From the NCBI GenBank assembly GCA_965203805.1, contig OZ241917.1, positions 1,792,001 through 1,856,000 on the forward strand: a stretch of DNA of 64,000 bases, given 5' to 3'. A model generated the notes under the pieces. The model did not search any database. It was given only the letters and a program-made list of their open reading frames with translations, and had not been told where the DNA came from. This DNA is from Candidatus Latescibacterota bacterium. GTDB lineage: Bacteria; Latescibacterota; UBA2968; GCA-2709665. Made by a program: the position numbers and the translations under genes. Shown piece after piece: positions 21,378 through 30,966 of the stretch; the first letter of the stretch is position 1; each line of letters begins with the position of its first letter.

Positions 21378-23132
21378 GTGGCCATGCTGCGGGACCGAAT
21401 CGAGGCCGAGATTCGACGGCGTGCCGATGGTTACAGACCCCAGACCCATCTGATTGCCGACTATTACAGGGTCCGCCGAAAAATCGCCTATCCCCTGCCG
21501 ATTCGTGAGATATACCTGCCGGGACTGCCCATCCCCGGCATCCCGGCGTATCCGTGGTCCATCTGGATGGCCTGGCGCCTGGAAGAGCGGATCCTCAGCC
21601 TGGGGTGGGCGGGGTCGTGGTTCCGCGACGAAGAGGCGCGCCGGCTGGCCGTTGCCGACCTGGACGCCCTGTCCGATTGGCCGTGCTACCGCCAACTGCC
21701 GATGCCCGACCTGTGTTCCGGTCACGCGCTGCGCATTCTCTGGCTGGCCTACACACGGTGGGACTGGCTTCCCGGAAACCTGCTGGAAAAGATCGAACGG
21801 GCGTTTCACCGCCACATCGAAGACACGCTCCGGCTGTCCGATGCCAGGCACGGCGCCTTCAACAGCAAGGAAGACATCCTCGCACTCGACGACCCCCACA
21901 CCGTGCTGCACAACATCCCGTTCATCGGCACGGTAGGCGTTGCACTGGCCGCAGACGGGATTTCCCATCCCGCCGCCGAAGCACTGAACCGGAGGCTGGA
22001 GGCGCTCCTGGGAGCGATCCTGGACCTGCGCAAGAACGGCCACTCGGAAGGGATCGGATACGACGGGTACATTCTGGATTTCGCCGCCGACTGGCTCGGG
22101 ACACTCTCCGCGCCAGGAAGGATGGCCCTGATGGACCATCCGCGCTTCGACGACGTGTTGGATGAATCCATTGCGCTCGGGGCGCCCGGGAATATTGCAA
22201 ACATCGCCAGGTTGAGCGACGCGGAACCCCGGGAGATGCCGTTCCACGTATCCTGTCACGCCAAGCACTACCGCTTCCGGCCCGCGCCCCGTACCGGATG
22301 GTACCTGAAACGCTGTCCACTGCGGTGGCTGCGCGCCGACGCGCTCGCAGCGCTGCACGAGGTTGCGGATGAACTGAAATGCGAGCCGCCCGGAGCCGGG
22401 GCCATCGATGCCCACTACGCGGTCGTGCTAAGGAGCGGATGGGAGGCGGACGACCTGGCGGTGGCCATGGCGGCGAGCAACTCGAAGATGAGTCATATCC
22501 AGAACGACAACGGAACCATCGTCATCGGCGCCTCGGGCCGCTGGCCGGTATCGGACCCCGGCTACCAGCAGTACATGAAGAAGAGAGAACGTGAATTCAC
22601 ACTGGGACGGACGGCGCACAATGCGCCCGTCGTCAATGGTGCGGCGCAGACCGGGAAGCCGGCAGACCGCAGGGTCGCGCTGCGGCAGTGTGACGGGAAA
22701 ACGCTCATGGCCGAATTGGACCTGACCGCCGGTTATCCGGCCGCGCTGGCATTGAAACGGGTCGTTCGAACACTGTGGCTTTCGGAGAAGAACCTGGTCG
22801 TCCTCGCCGACCGCGTGCGAGGCGCCGCAGTCGAGTCGATCGCCTATCACTGGCACGGGCACCCGGACGCCGCCTGGTGGGTGGAGGGTGACATGGCCCG
22901 GCTCTACGCGCCCGACCTTACGCTCTGGATCGGCTCGCCCCAGGCCCGGATCACAGACCGAAACGTCGACCGTCTCCCCGGATCCAGGGGCCATCTCACG
23001 CTTGGCGTGAGCGCAGACCCGTCCGCGCCATACGTCTGGTGGGTTTTCGCGACAGGCGATACGCGGCCGTCCGTGTCACTGCACGGACAGGGACGTGAGA
23101 TCCGAGTAAACGGCCGCAGCTTTCAGCTATGA
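21378..23132 (+). CDS. Heparinase II/III-family protein
   Basis: EGIGYDGY, VLRSGW, HIQNDNGT, DPGYQQY, TAHNAPVVNG typical of Hepar_II_III C-terminal domain. Confidence 0.75.
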   Translation: MAMLRDRIEAEIRRRADGYRPQTHLIADYYRVRRKIAYPLPIREIYLPGLPIPGIPAYPWSIWMAWRLEERILSLGWAGSWFRDEEARRLAVADLDALSDWPCYRQLPMPDLCSGHALRILWLAYTRWDWLPGNLLEKIERAFHRHIEDTLRLSDARHGAFNSKEDILALDDPHTVLHNIPFIGTVGVALAADGISHPAAEALNRRLEALLGAILDLRKNGHSEGIGYDGYILDFAADWLGTLSAPGRMALMDHPRFDDVLDESIALGAPGNIANIARLSDAEPREMPFHVSCHAKHYRFRPAPRTGWYLKRCPLRWLRADALAALHEVADELKCEPPGAGAIDAHYAVVLRSGWEADDLAVAMAASNSKMSHIQNDNGTIVIGASGRWPVSDPGYQQYMKKREREFTLGRTAHNAPVVNGAAQTGKPADRRVALRQCDGKTLMAELDLTAGYPAALALKRVVRTLWLSEKNLVVLADRVRGAAVESIAYHWHGHPDAAWWVEGDMARLYAPDLTLWIGSPQARITDRNVDRLPGSRGHLTLGVSADPSAPYVWWVFATGDTRPSVSLHGQGREIRVNGRSFQL

Positions 23133-23254
23133 TGAACGTTCGCACCCGATACAGATCGAGAACCGCCGTTTCGCTGGAGGATGCAACCCGACGGACGCGT
23201 GAGATTTCAGGCCTGCCCCGGTTCCGTCGGCGATCCGAGAGAAGGAACTCTTGA

Positions 23255-25186
23255 ATGTACGCTTCAAAGATTTGTGACGTACCTTTCCTGGCGCCTTCCA
23301 ATTCAACCGGGGAGCTCAACTTCGATCCCAAACTCGGCCGCCGTGTGATTTACCAGTCCATGTTCTCCGCGGTCCCTGGCCGCCCTCCGGCGCTGGTACG
23401 CACCGACTTCGAGCGCCACGAATATGCGTCATTCGCCCAGCCCCAAGGCCGGGGGACGTGGAAGGTCCGTCTGCTTTCCGACAACAAGCTCTGGTTCGGC
23501 ATGAACGGTCCGGGGCAACTCGCATGCTTCAACCCGGTGACCGAGTCCTGGGAAGACGTCCCGCCCCACCGTCCGTCCATGAAAAACTCCCATTTCACGG
23601 ACGTGGTCGAAGGACCGGACGGACGGCTGTACATGCCCGGCTACCCCTCCGGCAATTGCGTGAGTTTCGACCCGGGTACCGGCGAATACAGGGAAATCGC
23701 CGTCGCGGAAAGCAACCATCAGCTCTTCGCCGCCTGTGTCACTGACGGCGGACACATCGGCATTCTGAACGGCCTCCAGCACGGCGTCTATTCCCTGGAC
23801 CCCGGCACGAAGGAAGTCCGTTTAAAGTCGCCGCCCCACCTGACGGGGCGACCGGATGCCTACAGTAGCTTCCTGCGTTTCGGCGATCAGTTCCTCGTCA
23901 CCGTCGGCCATCCTGAAGGCGGCATCGAAATCTGTCGGTTTTGCGCGCTCGACCTCAGCTTTCTCGGTTCCTTCGTTGTCAGAACAGCGGTAACCTCCGG
24001 ACGAAACCTGATGGCCTCGCCGGAAGGCCGCCTATACATGAGCGTGGACGACGGTTACCTCTACGCCATCGACCTGGAAAGGGAGTGCGCAGAACTCGCC
24101 TGCCGCATCTCTCGTGTTCCCAGCCGCGGCAACTACTATCTCCTTGACGAGCATCGGATCCTTTTCGCCGGCCATTCCCAGTATTACGGCCTCAGTGACA
24201 TTCGAACCGGCGAACTCGATCTCCACCGGACGGAGATCGAGAATCCCCCCATCGGCGTCTTTTCCATTCTGCCGACCTCAACCGGCGATATCTACTGCTC
24301 GGCCCATCTGGGCCTTTCCCTCTCGCGCGTAAACCCGACGTCTGAACGGGCGGAGGTATTGGGGTTGACGTACAACGGGTCGGGCGAAATCTACGGCAGC
24401 GCCGAAGCCGGCGGCAACATCTACAGCATCGCCTATACACACAACGTGCTTACCGTTTACGATCCGGATCGACCCTGGCGCCCCGGCCCCGCCGAGAGCG
24501 ACAATCCGCGGAATCTCGGCCCGATGGGAGACGAACAGTACCGACCTGTCACCGGCATTCTCAAGGGGCCGCGAAACAGACTGTACATCGGATCCATGCC
24601 GGACTACGGGGCGCGGGGCGGCGCGCTCACCGTTGTGAATCCTTCCGACAACAGCCACAAGTCCTACCGCCACCTGGTTCCCGATCATTCCATTCTGGGC
24701 CTGGCCGCAGGCCAGGAGCACGTCTATCTCGGCACCAGCATTATCGCGGACGGATACATCCGGCCGTCCGAAGGCAACGCGTGTTTCCTGATTTTCGATC
24801 CCGGCAGCGAAACCGTTCTTTACAAGGAGGAAATCGAGGGGGCTCGCAGCCTCATTACCATGGGCTGTGTCTCGGACCGCGTCTTTTTCTGGACCGACGA
24901 CCACGCGGGCGGCAATCGATTTTTTGCCTGCCGTCTTTCCGACCGCGCTTTCAGTGCCGTCAGCACTCCGTTCACCGGCGGCAGGCCCCACAACCGGCCG
25001 ATGATTACGGGCCCGGACGGCGACCTCTTTTTCACCCACGGAAACCGGATCGTTCGCCTCGATCCCAAGACCGAATCGCTCGCCATCGCCCACACCACGG
25101 ACACTGGCGATACGCCGATTCTCGCCGCCACCGGCAACGGGATCCTGTTCTCGCAACGGCACGAACTCTGGCTGCTGACGACATAA
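23255..25186 (+). CDS. Hypothetical beta-propeller protein
   Basis: Repeated GPDGRLY/ASPEGRLY/FDP motifs; NPRNLG, PDYGxxGGAL. Confidence 0.7.
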   Translation: MYASKICDVPFLAPSNSTGELNFDPKLGRRVIYQSMFSAVPGRPPALVRTDFERHEYASFAQPQGRGTWKVRLLSDNKLWFGMNGPGQLACFNPVTESWEDVPPHRPSMKNSHFTDVVEGPDGRLYMPGYPSGNCVSFDPGTGEYREIAVAESNHQLFAACVTDGGHIGILNGLQHGVYSLDPGTKEVRLKSPPHLTGRPDAYSSFLRFGDQFLVTVGHPEGGIEICRFCALDLSFLGSFVVRTAVTSGRNLMASPEGRLYMSVDDGYLYAIDLERECAELACRISRVPSRGNYYLLDEHRILFAGHSQYYGLSDIRTGELDLHRTEIENPPIGVFSILPTSTGDIYCSAHLGLSLSRVNPTSERAEVLGLTYNGSGEIYGSAEAGGNIYSIAYTHNVLTVYDPDRPWRPGPAESDNPRNLGPMGDEQYRPVTGILKGPRNRLYIGSMPDYGARGGALTVVNPSDNSHKSYRHLVPDHSILGLAAGQEHVYLGTSIIADGYIRPSEGNACFLIFDPGSETVLYKEEIEGARSLITMGCVSDRVFFWTDDHAGGNRFFACRLSDRAFSAVSTPFTGGRPHNRPMITGPDGDLFFTHGNRIVRLDPKTESLAIAHTTDTGDTPILAATGNGILFSQRHELWLLTT

Positions 25187-25216
25187 CCGGTTTTATCGCC
25201 AAAGCAGGAACCCACT

Positions 25217-27334
25217 GTGAAATCCGGCACCGACTGGAAATCCCGCATACGTCCCGACCACCCCCGGATCTTCATCAACGGCGACACGCTGCCGGCGATC
25301 CGCGCGCGCGCCGCGGGCGGCTGCAACGACCACTACCTCAAGGTCAGGTCGTTCGCCGAGTCGACGCCTGAGATGGAATGGGCCGCGATCGACAGGCCGC
25401 CGCCCCTGCCCGACGGCACGGAAGTGCGCGATTGGGGCCATCGGATGATGTGCTCCGCCATCGTCCATCTCGTGGAACCTTCGGCCGACCGACTTACACG
25501 GCTCATTTCCGAACTGCGCGCGAGCGCGGAATACTACCACGCCTGTTACGCGGAGGACGAATCCGTCAACTGGTATGCCGCGAGCCGCGCCGCATGCCTG
25601 GTTACCCTGGACTGGATCTGGAATGAACTCGCCCCGGAGGACCGGCGCGAGACCGGCCTGCGTCTGCTGGACCACGTGGACGAAGCGCTTCACAAGCCCG
25701 GCATCCGTCGCCGCAACGGTTCCGACCACCGCAGCGGATTCTACGGCGCGCCCAGCCTGGCCTGGTTCGCGGGCCTCCTGCTTTACGGGGAAGGCATCGA
25801 CGACGATCGGGCGGCCCGTTTTCTCGATCGGGGCCACGACGACCACATCAAGCTGCTGGATCACCGCGCCGCCGCGTGCGGCGACGACGGCGGCGAAGCC
25901 TCGCCCACGCTCGGATACGCGTTCGGCGAATACCCCCTGGCGCAATGGAACTTCATCCATACCCTCGAATCGTCGACCGGTGAAGACATTTCCGAAATCT
26001 GGCCGCACATCCGCATGTTTCCCAACTATGTCATCTGGAACTGGCTTCCCGGCGACCTCGAGTTCGGGTACGGCGACAATGCACACACCGATAACCGCAT
26101 GCGGACAAACTGGATGTACACCCATATGTCCCACATCATGCACTTTTTCGGCGGGACCCATCCGGAGTGGGCCGGACTGGCGCGGTACATCCGGGACATG
26201 GCCGGCGGCGGATTCGCGGCGGACAAGTGGCCGATCTACCCGTTTCTGCTTGACGGTCTGGATATTGCGCCTCCGGCTCGAGGGCCGGGCATCCTTCCGC
26301 CCGCCCGTCATTTCGAGAACCTGGGTCATATTTTCATGCGTTCAGGTTCCAGTGACGACGACACGTATGCCCTGTTTTGCGGCGGGGGAAACCTTAGAAG
26401 CCACCGCCATTACGACGCCACCCACTTTACGATCTTCAAGAACGGATTCCTTGCGCTTGACAGCGGCACACGCCAGGGAAACACCGACAACCTGCAGAAC
26501 TACTACGCGCAGACCGTCGCCCACAACTGCGTCCTTATCAAGATGCCCGGCGAGGCGCCATCGCCGTACTGGAACGGCGAGGTCTACGGGCAGGCCGGTG
26601 GACAGAACAATACAATCGGCTCGGTGATTACCGCTTTCGAAACCAACCCCGAATTCACATACGTCGCCGCCGACGCCACTGCGGTCTACAATGCCGAGAA
26701 ATGCGCCCTCATGGTCCGGCAGTTCATCTTTCTGCCGCCCGACCATTTCGTCGTATTCGACCGGGTCACGTCCACCTGCGCCGGGTACGCCAAGACCTGG
26801 CTTCTGCACCATGCCAACGAACCCGTGGTCGACGGCGCCTCATGGCGGTCGGACCAGCATCAGGGACGCATTATTGCGCGGACACTATTACCGGAAGACG
26901 CCGTGCTGGAAAAGGTCGGCGGGCCGGGCAGGGAATTCCTCGCCGACGGCGTCAACTATGCGATCGACGAGGGCCCGTCGCGGCTCATCGTTGAGAACAA
27001 ATATCCGATCGGCAGGATGCAGTACGACGAAATTCCCGAGCTTATGGGCCGCTGGCGGATGGAAGTCAGACCGGGCACGGCCCGCAAAGAAGACCTGTTC
27101 CTGCATCTCATACAGGTGGGAGATCGGAATCTGCAAAGGATGGACGAAGCGGATGTCAGCGTCTCCCGGACCGGCGTCGAACTCGACTTCATCGCGTGCG
27201 GCAGTCGCGTCGTGATCTCATTCGCGGCCTCCGGAAAGACTGCCGGCCATATCACGTGTGTGCGGAACGGGGAGCGGCTTGCAGACAAGGACCTTGCCGT
27301 GGTTGTACAGGCCCAGGCCGGTCTCGCCGCATAA
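25217..27334 (+). CDS. Heparinase II/III-family polysaccharide lyase
   Basis: HPRIF N-terminus, FMRSG, HRHYDATHFTIFKNGFLALDSG, TVAHN, FVVFDRV, FLHLIQV. Confidence 0.85.
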   Translation: MKSGTDWKSRIRPDHPRIFINGDTLPAIRARAAGGCNDHYLKVRSFAESTPEMEWAAIDRPPPLPDGTEVRDWGHRMMCSAIVHLVEPSADRLTRLISELRASAEYYHACYAEDESVNWYAASRAACLVTLDWIWNELAPEDRRETGLRLLDHVDEALHKPGIRRRNGSDHRSGFYGAPSLAWFAGLLLYGEGIDDDRAARFLDRGHDDHIKLLDHRAAACGDDGGEASPTLGYAFGEYPLAQWNFIHTLESSTGEDISEIWPHIRMFPNYVIWNWLPGDLEFGYGDNAHTDNRMRTNWMYTHMSHIMHFFGGTHPEWAGLARYIRDMAGGGFAADKWPIYPFLLDGLDIAPPARGPGILPPARHFENLGHIFMRSGSSDDDTYALFCGGGNLRSHRHYDATHFTIFKNGFLALDSGTRQGNTDNLQNYYAQTVAHNCVLIKMPGEAPSPYWNGEVYGQAGGQNNTIGSVITAFETNPEFTYVAADATAVYNAEKCALMVRQFIFLPPDHFVVFDRVTSTCAGYAKTWLLHHANEPVVDGASWRSDQHQGRIIARTLLPEDAVLEKVGGPGREFLADGVNYAIDEGPSRLIVENKYPIGRMQYDEIPELMGRWRMEVRPGTARKEDLFLHLIQVGDRNLQRMDEADVSVSRTGVELDFIACGSRVVISFAASGKTAGHITCVRNGERLADKDLAVVVQAQAGLAA

Positions 27335-27398
27335 GGGCAGGTTCTGGCGGGCAGATGAAGGGTTTCAAGTTTCTCACCTTTTGACGAAGAGAGGCCAG

Positions 27399-28301
27399 AT
27401 GACCGAATTTCGGGGCATCTACCCCGCGCTGATCACACCGATGACGCATGAAGGCGAATTCAGCGAAGCGGCCTTCCGACGACTCATGGAATACAACATA
27501 AGTGCCGGGGCGCACGGCTTCTGGGTAGCGGGCGGGGCCGGCGAGAGCGTATTGCTGGAAGACGAGGAGAATTCACGCATTGCCGGAATCGCCGCCGACC
27601 AGGCGGCCGGCCGCGCGGGAATCATCATGCACGTGGGGGCGCCTACCACCGCGCGCGCCGCCAGGATGGCAGAAAACGCAGCAAAGGCCGGCGTTGACGC
27701 CATCTGCGCCGTACCTCCTTTCTTCTACCGGCCCGGGCCCGACGAGGTCGCAGAACACTACCGGGCGGTCGGCGCGGCCGTGGACCTTCCGCTCTTCATC
27801 TACAACATTCCCGGCGCGACCGGCGTCGAGATCACACTTGAACTGGCGGAAAGGATTCAGCAGCACGTGCCGCAACTCGCCGGACTGAAGCATTCTGCGC
27901 CCGCGTTTGCAAACACCCGTCATTTCGCCAGTATGGGCCTTTCGTGCCTCATCGGCAGCGCGGCGCTTCTCCTTCCCGCGCTCACCATCGGCGCTTCGGG
28001 CTGCGTGGATGGCCCCCTTTCGCTTTCTCCGGACGTCTGGGTCAATATCTGGACGGCGTATCACCGCGGCGACATGAAATCCGCCGAGGCCGACCAGCAA
28101 CGGGCGGCTGAACTTTATACGATCTTCAACCGAGCCGGATATATCGCGTCCATGAAGGCCCTGCTATCCGAGAAACTCGGGATCGACTGCGGGGACCCGC
28201 GTCCCCCGCAGCGTCCGCTCACCAGCGAAGAGAAGGCCTTTGTCATCCGGACGGCGAAAGGGCTGGGGATGATGGATACCGAAAGTCCGTCCCGCCACTG
28301 A
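27399..28301 (+). CDS. DHDPS/N-acetylneuraminate lyase-family aldolase
   Basis: GIYPALITP, GGAGE, VPPFF, YNIP, GLKHS Schiff-base Lys. Confidence 0.9.
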   Translation: MTEFRGIYPALITPMTHEGEFSEAAFRRLMEYNISAGAHGFWVAGGAGESVLLEDEENSRIAGIAADQAAGRAGIIMHVGAPTTARAARMAENAAKAGVDAICAVPPFFYRPGPDEVAEHYRAVGAAVDLPLFIYNIPGATGVEITLELAERIQQHVPQLAGLKHSAPAFANTRHFASMGLSCLIGSAALLLPALTIGASGCVDGPLSLSPDVWVNIWTAYHRGDMKSAEADQQRAAELYTIFNRAGYIASMKALLSEKLGIDCGDPRPPQRPLTSEEKAFVIRTAKGLGMMDTESPSRH

Positions 28302-28377
28302 CCGATCAGGACCATGTCGATGAACCGGTCCGTCGCTTCGTGCGACACGTTGAACCCCGTTAACGGAGATTATACAT

Positions 28378-29289
28378 ATGATCCCCCTGCTCAGCAGCCT
28401 GTGCTACGGACCGCTTGAAGTCTGCCAGCTTCCAAGGACGTGGTGGAAAGTCCTGCTCCGGAACGCGGGCATTCTCGACGAAGAGTATCCCGACGTCAGC
28501 GAAGGCCTGGACAAGTCCGTCCTTGAAGTGCTGAATCTGGACAAAGAGACGACCCTGGCGTATCTGAAGGAGCACATGCCCGACTACCTCCGGTTCGAAG
28601 CCTGGGTCCTCGAACAGAACGACGGAACGCTCGATCGAGAGGCAATCGACAACTGGAACGATTCCGTGCGCGCCCGCGTTCATACCAGGCCGGACAAGCT
28701 CGAAGAAACCACGGGCGACATCGGTATTCCCAACGACGGCGCGATCACATCGGCCGTGATCCTCAACAGCCTCCAGGACTGGATGCTCTTCTACAGACGG
28801 GATCTGGCGGGGGGATTCCCATCCCTGGGCGGCCGCGTGGTTCCCCTCGTCTCCAGCCTGGACTACGGTCCTCTTAACGTCTGCCAGCTCCCTCGAACGT
28901 GGCTGAAGATTCTGCTCAGGTCCAGGAATCTGCTTCACCCGGACTATCCCGACATGACCGAAGACGGACTGGACCCCCGCGTTCTGCGCACTGTCAACAT
29001 CCGGCCGGACGACGCCGTCTGTTTCATCAGAGACAATGCGCCTGCCTATCTCGACTTCGAAGCGTGGGTTCTGCAGCGAAACGACGACAGTGTCGACCCA
29101 CGCGCCGTGGACGAGTGGAACAGCTTTGTGCGAACCCGCATCCATACCGATGAGAAAATCGTTGATATTCATAGTACGCTGGGCCTGGAAAACGACGGAA
29201 GCCCGACCTCCGCCGTCGTCCTGAACCACGTTGAAGACTGGCACTTCGCGCACGCCGACCTGACGGGCAACACCGCCGGCTCGACCTGA
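28378..29289 (+). CDS. Protein with two tandem DUF5069-like domains
   Basis: Two ~145-aa internal repeats (PLxSSLxYGPLxVCQLPRTW.K...FEAWV...WN...SAVxLNxxxDW); GGAG RBS; family name from memory. Confidence 0.75.
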   Translation: MIPLLSSLCYGPLEVCQLPRTWWKVLLRNAGILDEEYPDVSEGLDKSVLEVLNLDKETTLAYLKEHMPDYLRFEAWVLEQNDGTLDREAIDNWNDSVRARVHTRPDKLEETTGDIGIPNDGAITSAVILNSLQDWMLFYRRDLAGGFPSLGGRVVPLVSSLDYGPLNVCQLPRTWLKILLRSRNLLHPDYPDMTEDGLDPRVLRTVNIRPDDAVCFIRDNAPAYLDFEAWVLQRNDDSVDPRAVDEWNSFVRTRIHTDEKIVDIHSTLGLENDGSPTSAVVLNHVEDWHFAHADLTGNTAGST

Positions 29290-29413
29290 CCGGCTACGGC
29301 GTCGGCTGAAGACCGCCGCGGTTCTCTGCATGACGATGATGACCAGAGACGCTCGTCCGTTTCGACATTCGATCAGCGATCAATTCTCGCCGTTTGGTCA
29401 ACGCAAGGCTCAA

Positions 29414-29473
29414 GTCAATCAAAGTCTCTTCATGGGGTTTAGTCACAGTTGACCAAGGTAATTACTTGAATCA
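29414..29473 (+). repeat. AATCA-rich conserved element, copy 1 of 4
   Basis: gtcaatcaaagtctcttcatggggtttagtca...ggtaattacttgaatca aligns with copies at 30028, 32726, 34421. Confidence 0.85.
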
Positions 29474-29508
29474 CAGTCAGGTGAGGATCCGGCGAGTTCA
29501 TTTAGTTG

Positions 29509-29537
29509 TTGACATCGCCCTACCGATGAATTAAAAT
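29509..29537 (+). promoter_or_regulatory. Near-consensus sigma70 promoter
   Basis: TTGACA-17 nt-TAAAAT in an AT-rich patch. Confidence 0.75.
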
Positions 29538-29699
29538 ACGATTAAATTTACGTATTAGTAGAATTTACACGTCACGTAAACAGCGCGGCCGATCTTTCGT
29601 GTGCAGCCCCTGTTCCCAGCACGACACCGGGCGGCAGGAAGGCACAAAGCCCTGAACAGGGGTCGCAGGTCGTGATCGGCTGAACATCTGTTCAATTGC

Positions 29700-29990
29700 A
29701 TTCCCGGACCTGACCGCAGGGAATGAAGGAGGTGATAATCGAACCAACATCATCAGGCCTATTGCTGCTCTCCGTCTTATTGCAGTCGATGATCGGCTGT
29801 ACAATTGGTCGATGCCGTTCGCCGAACGGTTCGGATGAAAAAGGGAGGTGATAGTCGAAACCACGTCGCCAAACGTTTTGCCGATGTACATCTACGTGAG
29901 AAACTGTGGCTCGGGGCAACTCCCGAAATGACCCGTTGCGCTGTGTGTGATCAATCGATTCCGATTAAATCGTACACCGCGTCTCTTCAG
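29700..29990 (+). repeat. Leader module A: 116-nt tandem units with AAGGAGGTGAT motifs and coupled micro-ORFs (29732-29851, 29848-29931)
   Basis: Ungapped similarity to 32400-32680; motifs at 29726 and 29842. Confidence 0.75.
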
Positions 29991-30027
29991 ATTACAGGCA
30001 TACCTTCCAGGTCGATCCCAGAATCCC

Positions 30028-30087
30028 ATCAGGCACAGTCTCTTCATACGGTTTCATCTCAGTAAATCCCTCGTATTCACTTGAATC
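30028..30087 (+). repeat. AATCA-rich conserved element, copy 2 of 4
   Basis: atcaggcacagtctcttcatacggtttcatctc...cgtattcacttgaatc. Confidence 0.85.
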
Positions 30088-30119
30088 GGTGTCCGTGGGG
30101 CGGTTGGGCTGTACGCCTG

Positions 30120-30895
30120 TCGCATGAATCACGGGGCTCGCCGGATTCTTGTGATTCACTGTCCGGGGTGGGATTGGGTGGCGCGCCCTGCGCCTTCCGT
30201 CAAGGTTGATCTCCCTGTAATCGCGTGATTCACAGTCCGAATTGCGTCTGGGTAGCATGCCGTGCATCCTCATGACGGCAAAAACGCGAATCATATGATT
30301 CGCGTTTCGAGGGGCGGCTGGCCTGAGCGCCTTCCGCTTTAATCACGGCAATCATTCGAGTCATATGTATCGCAGTCCGGGTTGTGGATGAGCGGCGCGC
30401 CCTGCGTCCTCATTGCGGTTGATCTTCCTGCGTTCACGTGAGTCACTGCCCCTGGTGGCCGATGGATGGCGGGTCCTGCGCTCGAATCACGATTTTTCAC
30501 CCCGTTTTCTTGCATCGCTGCCCCGCGTGTGGCCGAGCGGCGCGTCCTGCGCATCTATTGCGCTTGCTCTTCCTGTATTCACGTGGGTCACTGTCCCTGG
30601 TGGCCGCTGGGTGGCAGGTCCTGTGCTCTCATCACAGGGTTTCACCGCCGGCGTATGATTCGCATTCCGTGGCGCGGCCGGGCTGCAAGCCTTCCGCCTT
30701 GATCACGGAAATCATTCGAATCACACGAATCACAGGCGGGGTGCGGTTCGGCGACGTGTCTACCGCTTCAATTTCCCAGTAAATCAACATGAACACGGGC
30801 ATCACGGTCCTGGTGCGGCCGAGCGGCGTGGCATCCGCTCGATTCTGCCGGCTGTTGCCGGTACCCGCCAGACCTTGTGTATTCACGTGGCAGTG
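30120..30895. repeat. Degenerate non-coding repeat tract
   Basis: Direct repeats 30390-30501/30535-30647 and 30294-30363/30654-30723; partial copies at 30181 and ~30820. Confidence 0.8.
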
Positions 30896-30966
30896 CGGCA
30901 GGACGTGCGGTTTGAACAATGTCAATACGTCTAGTCAAAGTCATTCGTGTCAGGGAGGGCGTTCAG

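Noticed and set aside
29672-29683. GTG ATC GGC TGA aligned with the IGC codons of the micro-ORFs as a selenocysteine codon
   Set aside because: A further in-frame TGA follows within about 10 codons, no start is evident and no SECIS can be supported
29600-29690. c-di-GMP-I riboswitch suggested by ggcacaaagcc
   Set aside because: Lacks the GCAAAC/GAAA-tetraloop P2 and receptor architecture
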